This document shows positions 8,505 through 17,395 of a stretch of 32,000 nt of DNA, piece by piece. A program made the translations under genes and the position numbers. Source of the DNA: Hyperthermus butylicus DSM 5456 (GTDB lineage: Archaea > Thermoproteota > Thermoprotei_A > Sulfolobales > Pyrodictiaceae). The notes beneath the pieces are model-generated. The model had not been told where the DNA came from and did not search any database. It saw nothing but the letters and a program-made list of their open reading frames with translations. Every line of letters starts with the position of its first letter. The first letter of the stretch is position 1. Location of the stretch: assembly GCF_000015145.1 (NCBI RefSeq), contig NC_008818.1:510001-542000 (forward strand), written 5' to 3'.

Positions 8505-9656
8505 TTGCAGACAAAGACGCGGAAGCTTGACCACATAAGGATAACAGTTGACAGTGATGTTGAGCATCCAGGGAAGATCACGCTGCTAGAACACGTCGAG
8601 CTGGTACACCGCGCGCTCCCCGAGACGGCGCTCTCAAGCATTGATACCAGCATAGAGTTTCTCGGTAAGCAGCTCAGCATGCCGCTAATGGTTACAGGCA
8701 TGACTGGTGGTCACCCAGTGGCTGCGAGGATAAACTGTGTAATCGCTAGAGCGGCGGCGCGGCTAGGCATAGCAATTGGCGTGGGGAGCCAGCGTGCAGC
8801 AATAGAGGATCCATCGCTAGAGTATACGTTCCGTGTTGCGAGGGATTGTGCCAGGGAGGAGGGTGGTGATGTGGTCCTCGTTGCAAACCTTGGGGCTGCG
8901 CAACTCGTGGCAGGCTACGGTGTTGAGCATGTGAGGAGGGCTATAGAGATGATTGATGCTGACGCTGTGGCGATACATGTTAATGCTGCGCAGGAAGCTT
9001 TCCAGCCGGAGGGAGATGTAGACTTCCGTAACGCCATAGACCTTGTAGCCGAGGTTGCGAGAGAGCTGGACAAACCCGTAATAGTCAAGGAGACCGGGCA
9101 TGGCCTAGGCTACGAGGTTGTATATGTGCTCCGTGGCCGAGGGATAAGGTTCTTCGACGTCTCAGGAGCTGGCGGTACTAGCTGGGTACGCGTTGAATAC
9201 TTCCGTGCCAGGATACGAGGCCTCCAGGGCCTAGCAGAGGCTGCCAAAACATTCTCGTCCTGGGGCATACCCACAGCCCAAGCAGTGGTTGAGACCCGCT
9301 GGGCAGCACCAGACTCATGCATAATAGCTAGCGGTGGAGTGAGAACCGGGCTTGATGCCGCGAAAGCAATAGCGCTAGGCGCCGATATTGCCGGCCTCGC
9401 ATTGCCAGTAATAAGAGCCTATACGGTTGGTGACCTCGACGGTGTTATAGGGCTCCTCGAGAGGATAGGTATGGAGTTCAAGGCGGCACTATTCCTTACG
9501 GGTGCTAGCAGCCTCGCTGAGGCTAGGAGGCTACCACTAATCGTTAGTCCCGAGCTAGAATCGAGGCTCCAGGCTCGGGGAGTAAAGCTGGATCTCTACC
9601 TTAACGGTGCCAGACTCCTTTTCAAGCCCGGTGAGACATGTAGCAACTGGGCCTAG
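8505..9656 (+). CDS. fni: Type-2 isopentenyl-diphosphate delta-isomerase (FMN-dependent)
   Basis: RKLDHIRI, MPLMVTGMTGG, GVGSQRAA, VIVKETGHGL, FDVSGAGGTSW, IASGGVRTGLDAAKAIALGA. Confidence 0.92.
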   Translation: MQTKTRKLDHIRITVDSDVEHPGKITLLEHVELVHRALPETALSSIDTSIEFLGKQLSMPLMVTGMTGGHPVAARINCVIARAAARLGIAIGVGSQRAAIEDPSLEYTFRVARDCAREEGGDVVLVANLGAAQLVAGYGVEHVRRAIEMIDADAVAIHVNAAQEAFQPEGDVDFRNAIDLVAEVARELDKPVIVKETGHGLGYEVVYVLRGRGIRFFDVSGAGGTSWVRVEYFRARIRGLQGLAEAAKTFSSWGIPTAQAVVETRWAAPDSCIIASGGVRTGLDAAKAIALGADIAGLALPVIRAYTVGDLDGVIGLLERIGMEFKAALFLTGASSLAEARRLPLIVSPELESRLQARGVKLDLYLNGARLLFKPGETCSNWA

Positions 9657-9675
9657 CCGGCAGAGGGCATGGGTT

Positions 9676-10686
9676 ATGACCGGCCAGCTACCCGAGAGCG
9701 TTGTGGCCTACTTGAAGCGAGTTGCCAGCCTAGTAGACGGCTACATATACGCTAAGGTGAAGGGCGAGCCTAAGGAGGTCTATGATGCCGGCCTACACCT
9801 CATAAGGGCGGGCGGGAAGAGACTAAGGCCAGCCATAGTTGTTGCCATTGCTGAGGCTCTCGGGGAGCCTGCTGAGCGCGCCCTACCCTTCGCAGCAGCG
9901 GTGGAACTCGTACACAATTTTACCCTCATACACGACGACATAATGGACCGCGATGAGTTCCGCCGTGGAGTTCCCACCGTGCACAAGGTCTGGGGCGAAC
10001 CCCTAGCAATAACGGCGGGCGACCTCCTCTTTGCCAAGGCGTTTGAAACGCTCACTGACGCCCTCGACAAAGGCATACCGCCCGACAGAGTTGCAAGAGC
10101 CACGAGAGTATTATCCAGGGCATCAGCGGTCATAGCTGAGGGCCAAGCTATGGACCTGATGTTCGAGGAGGAGGACGAAGTTAGCATTGATGAATACCTA
10201 ATAATGATATACAAGAAGACCGGTGCACTCTTCGAAGCCTCAGCTGTGCTCGGGGGCCTAGTAGCAACGGGTGATGACGCAACCCTGGAGAAGCTTGCAG
10301 AGTTCGGCAAGAACCTTGGCATAGCATTCCAGATACGCGATGACATTCTTGGTATTGTCGGCAAGGAGGAGGAGCTAGGAAAACCCGTCTATAGCGACAT
10401 AAGGGAGGGCAAGAAGACTCTCCCAATAATCTATGCCTTGAGGAACCTTGAGGACGAGGATAGGGAGAAGCTAGTAATGGTTCTCGGAAACAGAGAGGCT
10501 TCAAGAGAGGAACTCGAGCAGGCAGCAAAACTCGTGGTAGCATCCGGCGCGATAGACTACGCCGAGAGCAAGGCTAGAGAATACATAGACCGTGCCCTAG
10601 AAGCCCTCCGGGGTGCGGTACCCGAAAACAACTACCGTAGGATACTCGAGGAGCTAGCAAAATTCGTGGCAACTAGAACCTGGTAG
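9676..10686 (+). CDS. idsA: Geranylgeranyl diphosphate synthase (short-chain trans-prenyltransferase)
   Basis: GGKRLRP, FTLIHDDIMDRDEFRRG (first Asp-rich motif), KKTGALFE, FQIRDDILG (second Asp-rich motif). The longest ORF starts at 9607 inside fni. ATG 9676 (MTGQLPES...) avoids that overlap and is preferred. Confidence 0.9.
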   Translation: MTGQLPESVVAYLKRVASLVDGYIYAKVKGEPKEVYDAGLHLIRAGGKRLRPAIVVAIAEALGEPAERALPFAAAVELVHNFTLIHDDIMDRDEFRRGVPTVHKVWGEPLAITAGDLLFAKAFETLTDALDKGIPPDRVARATRVLSRASAVIAEGQAMDLMFEEEDEVSIDEYLIMIYKKTGALFEASAVLGGLVATGDDATLEKLAEFGKNLGIAFQIRDDILGIVGKEEELGKPVYSDIREGKKTLPIIYALRNLEDEDREKLVMVLGNREASREELEQAAKLVVASGAIDYAESKAREYIDRALEALRGAVPENNYRRILEELAKFVATRTW

Positions 10687-10703
10687 CTGAAGGGTTTCCC
10701 GGG

Positions 10704-11216
10704 ATGGAGTCCGGAGAGAAATCCTGCCACAGATCCCCCTATCACATCCCCCGGATATACATTGAGGGTATAGGTAGCGACGAGTATCTCGAACTCGTAG
10801 ACTCCACCGCAAGGAGGACAGACAGGTGTAGCGGTAGGCGCTGCTTTGGCAAAGCAATATATGGCACGCTCCTCGACGAGATAGCCGATCTACTAGCAAA
10901 GAAAGCTACGAGGAGCTTCATAGTAGTATTGCCGCCTGACTACAGGAAAGGCCTCCTCGTAGAAGCTGGTAGCTACCTCGAACCAGTACCTCTCGAAGGC
11001 ATGCGTGTCGTAATCCACGTTTGCGAGGGCGACAGGGTGGAGGAGGGTTCAACTCTAGGATTTATTGCTACACGTAAGTTTGAAGTCCGGCATATACGTA
11101 GCCATGTGGAGGGTGTTGTTGTATACATTTACTCCTCGCCTGAAGGCCCACCAGACCGGAACATAGTGTTCATAGCGCCAGAGGAGGTGGTTCAGACTGT
11201 CACAGTACAATCCTGA
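10704..11216 (+). CDS. Unassigned 170-aa protein with a C-terminal lipoyl/biotinyl-like hybrid-barrel motif
   Basis: The C-terminal MRVVIHVCEGDRVEEGSTLGFIATRKFEVRHIRSHVEGVVVYI follows the V-x-G-D-x-V-x-x-G-x-x-L...G-x-V pattern of barrel-sandwich hybrid domains. There is no (A/S)MKM modification motif. The N-terminal half is not recognised. Confidence 0.5.
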   Translation: MESGEKSCHRSPYHIPRIYIEGIGSDEYLELVDSTARRTDRCSGRRCFGKAIYGTLLDEIADLLAKKATRSFIVVLPPDYRKGLLVEAGSYLEPVPLEGMRVVIHVCEGDRVEEGSTLGFIATRKFEVRHIRSHVEGVVVYIYSSPEGPPDRNIVFIAPEEVVQTVTVQS

Positions 11217-11247
11217 GGAGATTAGAGAGCTAGCTCGCGCTTATGCA

Positions 11248-12984
11248 TTGCTTAACGCTGTCGGACACGGTGGCAGGGCAGCGGTAGGCCCAGTAATGGG
11301 CAAGATAATGGCTGAAAGACCTGACCTAAGGCCACAAGCCAAGCAGATAGTAGCAATTGTGCGTGAGGTCGTGGAGGAGGTTAACAAGCTGAGCCTCGAG
11401 GAGCAGAAGAGGCTGCTGGAAGAGAAGTATAGCTGGGTTATCGAGAAGAAACTGCAGAAGCGGAGGGAGGCTGTGGAAAAGAAGCTACCGCCACTGCCTG
11501 ATGCTGAGGAGGGTCGGGTGGTTACACGGTTCGCTCCAAACCCTGACTTCGTCATACATCTCGGCAATGCTAGACCCGCTCTCCTCTCCTACGAATACGC
11601 TGTAATGTATCGTGGCAAGATGATACTCCGCTTTGAGGATACCGATCCGAGGATTAAGACGCCCCTACCCGAGGCATACGAGTTGATAAGGGAGGATCTC
11701 AAATGGCTCGGTATACGCTGGGACGAGGAGTACATACAGAGTCTAAGGATGCACATCTACTATGACATAGCCAGGAAACTAATAGAGGTTGGTGGTGCGT
11801 ACGTAGACGACCGCAGCCCGGAGGAGTTTAGGAGGTACCGAGACGAAGGCAGGCTAGAGGACTATCCGCCGCGCAAGCGCAGTGTCGAGGAGAACCTCGA
11901 GCTATGGGACAAAATGGTCTCCGGAGCCTTTGGCGAAGGCGAAGCAGTACTAAGAGTAAAGACCGACCCCCGGCACCCTGATCCCAGCGTGCGTGACTGG
12001 GTAGCATTCCGCATCATAGACACCAGCCGCTATCCCCACCCCCTAGTAGGCGACCGTTATGTAGCATGGCCGACCTACAACTTCGCAGCAGCAGTCGACG
12101 ACAAGTTAATGGGTGTAACCCACATACTTCGTGCAAAAGAGCACATGCAGAACACAATTAAACAACAGTTCCTCTACAAGCACCTAGGCTGGAGCTATCC
12201 TCACGTAGTACACTTTGGAAGGCTTAAGCTTGAAGGCTTCATAATGAGTAAGTCTACGCTAAAACGGTTTCTCGATGCAGGCATAAGTAGGGGCATTGAT
12301 GACCCACGCTTTGCAACGATTGCAGGGCTTAGACGTCGGGGGATTGTGCCGGAAGCTATAAAGAAGCTAATAATGGAGGTCGGCGTAAAATATACCGATG
12401 CAAGTATAAGCTATGACAACTTAGCAGCGATAAACAGATCGATAATCGATCCACGTGCCAAGAGGATAATGGCTGCATTGAGTCCTGTACCAGTAGAGGT
12501 TGAGGGATTGCCGTGGAGGGAGAAGGAGTTCAGAATACCTTTCCATCCTTCAGGCCAGCTTGGCGAGAGAATAGTCAAGCTTGCCGGGCCTAAGGCAACC
12601 ATATACGTGTCCCAGAGCGATGCAGTGCAGCTTGCCAAGGGCAACATTGTGAGGCTAATGGAAGCCTTCAACATAGAGGTTCTAGGGGCGTCACCTAGAC
12701 GTGTAAGGGCACGCTATCACAGCTTAACAGTTGATGAGGCTAGGCAGCATAACGCGCCCATAATACAGTGGGTGCCAGCCACGGATAACATTGCAGTTGA
12801 AGTGTTGAAGCCGGAAGGTCTAGACCTAGTACAGGAGCGTGGCCTCGCAGAACCAGCAGCAGCCCAGCTGAAACCGGGCGAAATAATACAGCTCGTACGC
12901 ATAGGATTTGCGCGGGTTGATAGCGTCGAGACAGACGAAAAGGGGAAAGTAAGGAAGGTAGTGCTCATCTATGCTCATGACTGA
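11248..12984 (+). CDS. gltX: Glutamyl-tRNA synthetase (archaeal/eukaryal type)
   Basis: VVTRFAPNPDFVIHLGNARPAL (HIGH-class), WPTYNFAAAVDD, THILRAKEH, IMSKST (KMSKS-class). Conserved N-terminal sequence continues upstream of the TTG at 11248 with no canonical start codon (see findings). Confidence 0.92.
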   Translation: MLNAVGHGGRAAVGPVMGKIMAERPDLRPQAKQIVAIVREVVEEVNKLSLEEQKRLLEEKYSWVIEKKLQKRREAVEKKLPPLPDAEEGRVVTRFAPNPDFVIHLGNARPALLSYEYAVMYRGKMILRFEDTDPRIKTPLPEAYELIREDLKWLGIRWDEEYIQSLRMHIYYDIARKLIEVGGAYVDDRSPEEFRRYRDEGRLEDYPPRKRSVEENLELWDKMVSGAFGEGEAVLRVKTDPRHPDPSVRDWVAFRIIDTSRYPHPLVGDRYVAWPTYNFAAAVDDKLMGVTHILRAKEHMQNTIKQQFLYKHLGWSYPHVVHFGRLKLEGFIMSKSTLKRFLDAGISRGIDDPRFATIAGLRRRGIVPEAIKKLIMEVGVKYTDASISYDNLAAINRSIIDPRAKRIMAALSPVPVEVEGLPWREKEFRIPFHPSGQLGERIVKLAGPKATIYVSQSDAVQLAKGNIVRLMEAFNIEVLGASPRRVRARYHSLTVDEARQHNAPIIQWVPATDNIAVEVLKPEGLDLVQERGLAEPAAAQLKPGEIIQLVRIGFARVDSVETDEKGKVRKVVLIYAHD

Positions 12985-13013
12985 GAAGAAGCTTTCATTC
13001 AAAGTGGGGCCGC

Positions 13014-13026
13014 TAGTTTTGTAAAC
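13014..13026 (+). promoter_or_regulatory. TATA-like box for rpl7ae
   Basis: TAGTTTTGTAAAC lies about 75 nt upstream of ATG 13096. That would give a leadered mRNA of roughly 50 nt carrying the K-loop and the GGAGGAGG Shine-Dalgarno. Confidence 0.3.
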
Positions 13027-13060
13027 CCTTCCAGGCCTAGAGCCCTAAGCGTACTATGGA

Positions 13061-13079
13061 GGGGCGACGACCGAGCCCC
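13061..13079 (+). promoter_or_regulatory. K-loop (kink-turn-type) hairpin in the rpl7ae 5' leader, candidate L7Ae autoregulatory site
   Basis: GGGGC-GA-CGACC-GA-GCCCC: a 5-bp GC stem capped by tandem 5'-GA/5'-GA (sheared G.A pairs) and a 5-nt loop. It is followed immediately by GGGAGGAGG and ATG 13096. Confidence 0.4.
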
Positions 13080-13095
13080 GGGAGGAGGATGAGCC

Positions 13096-13479
13096 ATGAG
13101 CAAGCCGTTCTATGTTAGGTTCGAGGTTCCACCAGAGCTAGCAGAGAAGGCCTACCAGGCACTAGAGATAGCAAGGAAGACTGGCAAGATAAAGAAGGGC
13201 ACCAACGAGACCACTAAGTGTGTCGAGCGCGGCCTAGCAAAGCTAGTACTCATAGCTGAGGATGTAGACCCACCAGAGATCGTTGCTCACCTACCACTAC
13301 TCTGCGAGGAGAAGAAGATACCCTACGTCTATGTACCGAGCAAGAAGAGGCTAGGCGAGGCTGCAGGCATAGAGGTTGCAGCAGCTAGCGCTTGCATCAT
13401 AGACCCGGGCGAGGCTAAGAACCTAGTTGAGGAGATCGTAAAGGCTGTGAACGAGCTAAAGACAAAGGCAGCCCAGTAG
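13096..13479 (+). CDS. rpl7ae: 50S ribosomal protein L7Ae (eL8), K-turn-binding protein
   Basis: [59 protein letters not shown]. Confidence 0.95.
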   Translation: MSKPFYVRFEVPPELAEKAYQALEIARKTGKIKKGTNETTKCVERGLAKLVLIAEDVDPPEIVAHLPLLCEEKKIPYVYVPSKKRLGEAAGIEVAAASACIIDPGEAKNLVEEIVKAVNELKTKAAQ

Positions 13480-13536
13480 CACGCAACTAGAAACCCCTAG
13501 CCCATCGTGTCCATGGTTTTTAGAGTATCTCACTAA

Positions 13537-14298
13537 CTACCTCGTTCTCGTTGTCTCGGGTATGCATATCTTGAATCCATATTCCTCATCGCAGCTCCTA
13601 CACGTATACGATACACTATATTCTACACAGTTTGGCAGGGGCTTCAAGGTAGCCATCTTCTCTGGTTTCCCACCGCAGGGGCACTCTAAGAGATCCAGGT
13701 AGGCTATGTGTCCCTCATATACTGCTTCAATTCGTAGTATGGTGCGCAGTCCTAGCTCCTGCAGCTCCTCGACAAGCCACTTAGCATAGGCCATTGTGTG
13801 TGGCTTCAGTCTTGAGGCTAGCCTTTTTGCAGCAGCTGTGTAGAGTATGTAGTCTGAGGCTACTGCATAGCTTAGCGCATCTGCCGTAACTGAAAGTAGC
13901 TCTGAGAAGCTCCTAGCAGGCTCCCCGGTGAGGAGGGATATAGCACCAATACGGGATAGTACGTCGGCATCCAGTGCTACCCTTGTATAACTAGCTTGTG
14001 GTGCACGGAGCGCAGCATCGGCAGCCTCTTCGGCGGCGCGATCAGCAACACTCCGATATGCTGGCTTGAGCCTATCTGCCTCGCCGGGTTCTACAATTGC
14101 CACAGTAGCTGCAGCTGCTTGAGTAGCGTCGCAGCCTTCAATCCTGCATATGGCTGCCGCATAGGCCAGTGCTAGGAGCGTCCTAGCCCTAAGCCTGGGC
14201 CTAGACTCAAATATCCGAGCAGCAAGCTGGGAGGCCAACTCGTACAAGGTGTCAGGCCACCCTCCCCAGAGGGATGTGAGGGCGGCTGCAGTTGTCAC
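13537..14298 (-). CDS. Unassigned 253-aa protein: Ala-rich helical N-terminal region plus C-terminal Cys-rich Zn-ribbon-like module
   Basis: The C-terminus reads ECPCGGKPEK-x17-CVEYSVSYTCRSCDEEYGFKIC (CxC ... CxxC). It starts 14 nt downstream of the DMT gene on the same strand. No family recognised. Confidence 0.55.
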   Translation of the reverse strand: MTTAAALTSLWGGWPDTLYELASQLAARIFESRPRLRARTLLALAYAAAICRIEGCDATQAAAATVAIVEPGEADRLKPAYRSVADRAAEEAADAALRAPQASYTRVALDADVLSRIGAISLLTGEPARSFSELLSVTADALSYAVASDYILYTAAAKRLASRLKPHTMAYAKWLVEELQELGLRTILRIEAVYEGHIAYLDLLECPCGGKPEKMATLKPLPNCVEYSVSYTCRSCDEEYGFKICIPETTRTR

Positions 14299-14312
14299 AG
14301 TTTGTTCGGGGT

Positions 14313-15194
14313 TTAAGCTGCTAGTGCTACGGCTATAACAGCTAGCGTAGCTGCTACTGCGTGGCGGGCTGTTGGCTTCTCAGCAGCTTCTCCTGGCAGG
14401 ATTGTTGCTGCTAGGAGGAGAGTGTGAAGTGGGTATAGACCTATCAGTATGACGGCGGGGGCTACCTCGATTATGCTTAGGGCAATGTATCGTAGGAGCT
14501 GGGCAAACGCGACACTAGCTGCAGCCGAAGCCATGAATATGTGGTGTCGCGTGAGTCCCGTAATCTCCTTGAGTCTGCCCGCTGCGGCTGCTAGCGTGGC
14601 GGCGATGGGGAGCGCTACGGTGTAGGAGACTGCTGTGCCGAGTACCGGGTTGCCGCCCGAGTAGCCTCCCGCATAGCGTACGAGTAATGTTGAGGAGGCG
14701 AAGACGAGGCTTGAAGCAATACCTGCAACAACACCTAGGCCAAGCTTCTCACCGTGTAACGGTCTCCCGCTAGGTCTGCTGGAAGCAAGGTAGACTGCCA
14801 GGGTCGCAGCGGTGAGCCCTGCAGCCCTCTCAGCGTCTATGGGCTCTCTGAGGAAGACCCAGGCTAGCAGCGCTGAAAAGAGCACGGTGGGGCTAGAGGC
14901 CACGGCAGCGCTTGTAGCGCCGATAGCGGATATCGAGACGTAAAAGAGGAGTCTCCCAACAACAAAGTTGAGAAGGCCAGCTACAGCATAGGCAAGAAGA
15001 GCAGACCTATCCGCCGTAAAAGAGTTTGTGGCTGCCACAGTCAGCCATAGCAGCGGCGTACCTATGAGGAGGCTTAGCAAGAGATTTGCCAGCGGTGATA
15101 GCCGTGCCGAGGCAGCCCGTACAAGTACATCGCTAACCCCAAACAGTACACCAGCAGTAAAGGCGGCTGCATAGCCCAGCAATGCACGGGTCAC
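14313..15194 (-). CDS. DMT-superfamily (EamA-like) permease
   Basis: 293 aa, almost entirely Ala/Leu/Gly/Val-rich hydrophobic segments (about 10 TM-length stretches) arranged as two similar halves. Short charged loops ([18 protein letters not shown]) are typical of EamA repeats. Confidence 0.75.
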   Translation of the reverse strand: MTRALLGYAAAFTAGVLFGVSDVLVRAASARLSPLANLLLSLLIGTPLLWLTVAATNSFTADRSALLAYAVAGLLNFVVGRLLFYVSISAIGATSAAVASSPTVLFSALLAWVFLREPIDAERAAGLTAATLAVYLASSRPSGRPLHGEKLGLGVVAGIASSLVFASSTLLVRYAGGYSGGNPVLGTAVSYTVALPIAATLAAAAGRLKEITGLTRHHIFMASAAASVAFAQLLRYIALSIIEVAPAVILIGLYPLHTLLLAATILPGEAAEKPTARHAVAATLAVIAVALAA

Positions 15195-15329
15195 CCATGC
15201 ATACTGGGAAAGGCTTGCACAGCGTGGGTAGCCGCATGGCGGTCAGCTGCGCCGTCCAGGAGACAGCCCGGCAACCAACTTAGTTTTATTAACCGTTTCT
15301 TCCGGCCGCTAGCTGGCTGGGGGACGAGG

Positions 15330-15575
15330 TTGAGTCAACGCAAGGAGAAAGAATTCAACATAATAGAGGAGATAGGCTATCCTGCAGAGGTCATACAGAT
15401 AATCGGCAGGACTGGCGTCCACGGCGAGGTTATACAGGTGCGTGTAAGAGTTCTTGAGGGCAGGGACAAGGGTCGAGTACTCACGAGGAACGTTCTTGGC
15501 CCAGTAAGGCTGGGTGACATAGTTATACTCCGCGAGACAGAGCGCGAAGCTAGGAGACTTGGCAGGAGGAGGTAG
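15330..15575 (+). CDS. rps28e: 30S ribosomal protein S28e (eS28)
   Basis: [64 protein letters not shown] start is uncertain. Confidence 0.93.
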   Translation: MSQRKEKEFNIIEEIGYPAEVIQIIGRTGVHGEVIQVRVRVLEGRDKGRVLTRNVLGPVRLGDIVILRETEREARRLGRRR

Positions 15576-15603
15576 AGGAGCGGCGTAGCGAGGTGATGAG
15601 TAG

Positions 15604-15789
15604 ATGCCAGTCGTGCATACGTGCACTTATTGTGGCCGCTCAATAGAGCCAGGCACCGGCCTAATGTACGTAAAGAATGATGGTAGTGTGCTATGGTTCT
15701 GCAGCAGTAAGTGCTTCAAGCTCTGGCGGATGGGTCGCGATCCCAGGAAGCTAAAGTGGACCGAGCGCTACACGCAGCTACGCCGTTAG
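15604..15789 (+). CDS. rpl24e: 50S ribosomal protein L24e (eL24)
   Basis: [35 protein letters not shown] (Zn-ribbon of L24e). Confidence 0.95.
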   Translation: MPVVHTCTYCGRSIEPGTGLMYVKNDGSVLWFCSSKCFKLWRMGRDPRKLKWTERYTQLRR

Positions 15790-15834
15790 CTGGGTCTTTT
15801 CCCAGCCATCTCCAAAGGAGAGGGGCAGCTTCTC

Positions 15835-16722
15835 CTACCTATGCGCTAGGCTTGCTAGGACTAGTCCTGTGAGCACCAATAGGCCCCCAGCGATCAGTCT
15901 TGTTGTGAGCTTTTCCGAGGCTAAGATGGATGAGAGTAGCTGGGTTAGCACCGGCGTAAGCGCTATACCTATGCTGACTATGCTGACTGGTAGGAGCGTT
16001 AGGGCATAGAGGAAGGCTATGCCGCCCGTAACATAGCCAAGCAGCCCAGCCACAACGATCTCGCCAGCCACGAGTCGAGCTGCACTCCATCGTGCCATAA
16101 CCGGGGCTAGGACGGCAACGGAGTATGCTGCTCGCACGCTCGCCACGGTGAGGTAGCCAGCTCTCTTGAGTGCAGCATCGTATGCGTACATGCTCACAGT
16201 CCATACAAACGACGCTATGAGAGCTGCAAGTACGGCTAGGAGCCTTTCGCGTTCAGCCACATCAGCTCTGCCGCCTCTACTGGTGGCGATTAGCCATACA
16301 CCGGTGAGAGCGAGTGCTGCAGCTGCAAGCGCTAGAGGGCCAATAGCGCCGGAGGCGTAGTCGTAGAGTGCTGTCCATATCACGAAGAGGTATGAGACTG
16401 GCATGGCAACGCTTGCGCCAACCCTGCTAATACTGTAGACGTACAAGCTGTCCCCTGCAAGGGTGCTAACAACACCGCCAACAATGACGCCTAGCTGGAA
16501 CACAAGGTCAAGCCAAGGGGTTGTATAGGGAAACCCTTCCCACAGCCATGCAAGTGGTGCCGTAGCTGCGAGAGCTACGAGCATGCGCCAGCCATTAAAC
16601 GCCCAAGGATCAATACTTGTCTTTGATGATGCGCGGCTAATAACAGCAGGTGCTAAAGCCCAGGATGCGACGGCTGCAGCAATAGCAGCCAAGCCAGCTG
16701 AGACTGGCATGCTTGTCACCAC
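15835..16722 (-). CDS. DMT-superfamily (EamA-like) permease, second copy
   Basis: 295 aa, about 10 hydrophobic TM-length segments, with the same two-half organisation as 14313..15194. Confidence 0.75.
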   Translation of the reverse strand: MVTSMPVSAGLAAIAAAVASWALAPAVISRASSKTSIDPWAFNGWRMLVALAATAPLAWLWEGFPYTTPWLDLVFQLGVIVGGVVSTLAGDSLYVYSISRVGASVAMPVSYLFVIWTALYDYASGAIGPLALAAAALALTGVWLIATSRGGRADVAERERLLAVLAALIASFVWTVSMYAYDAALKRAGYLTVASVRAAYSVAVLAPVMARWSAARLVAGEIVVAGLLGYVTGGIAFLYALTLLPVSIVSIGIALTPVLTQLLSSILASEKLTTRLIAGGLLVLTGLVLASLAHR

Positions 16723-16817
16723 GCGCTAGAAGCACTGTTGTCCATATCGTGGAGTTACTAGCTTAAAGGCCTAGAGGTCTCCAGTGGTAGCATCAAGCAC
16801 TTATCCCGCAGCTTCCA

Positions 16818-17273
16818 ATGGGTAGCGCTTGGTGGAGGAAATCCATGCCTGTAGAACGTACGTTCGTCATGATAAAGCCTGATGGTGTCAAGAGGGGGCT
16901 CGTAGGCGAGATAATAGCCAGGTTTGAGAGGAAGGGCCTCAAGATAAAGGCTCTCAAGATGAAGTGGCTAACCCGGGAGGAAGCCGAGAAGCTTTACGAG
17001 GTACACCGTGGCAAACCGTTCTTCGAGGATCTTGTCAACTTTGTCACGAGTGGGCCCGTCGTAGCAATGATACTTGAGGGTGACAGTGCTATAGAGGTTG
17101 TAAGGCTAATGATAGGCCCAACCGACGGTAGAAAGGCACCGCCGGGCACCATTAGGGGCGACTACGCCCTAGACATTGGCGCTAATGTAATACATGCTAG
17201 CGACAGCAAGGAGTCCTATGAACGTGAGTACAAGGTATTCTTCAGCGACGACGAGATAGTGGGTGACTACTAA
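16818..17273 (+). CDS. ndk: Nucleoside diphosphate kinase
   Basis: [56 protein letters not shown] (catalytic His). ATG 16845 (MPVERTF) is a likely alternative start. Confidence 0.95.
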   Translation: MGSAWWRKSMPVERTFVMIKPDGVKRGLVGEIIARFERKGLKIKALKMKWLTREEAEKLYEVHRGKPFFEDLVNFVTSGPVVAMILEGDSAIEVVRLMIGPTDGRKAPPGTIRGDYALDIGANVIHASDSKESYEREYKVFFSDDEIVGDY

Positions 17274-17395
17274 CCATCGATTCAAGGCACATAGCTTATC
17301 GATATGATGTTATACATAATGCTAATGGAGTAGTCTCGCTCCACTTTTCTTCCCTACAGCTTACTCCTACCCGCTAACCTGGGTGTGTCGCCAAA

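Noticed and set aside
9780-10364. 194-aa minus-strand ORF (and 10181..10543)
   Set aside because: Antisense to the GGPP synthase gene, which has both Asp-rich motifs. Ser/Ala/Arg low-complexity translation.
11241-11567. 108-aa minus-strand ORF
   Set aside because: Antisense to the 5' part of gltX, with Ser-rich low complexity.
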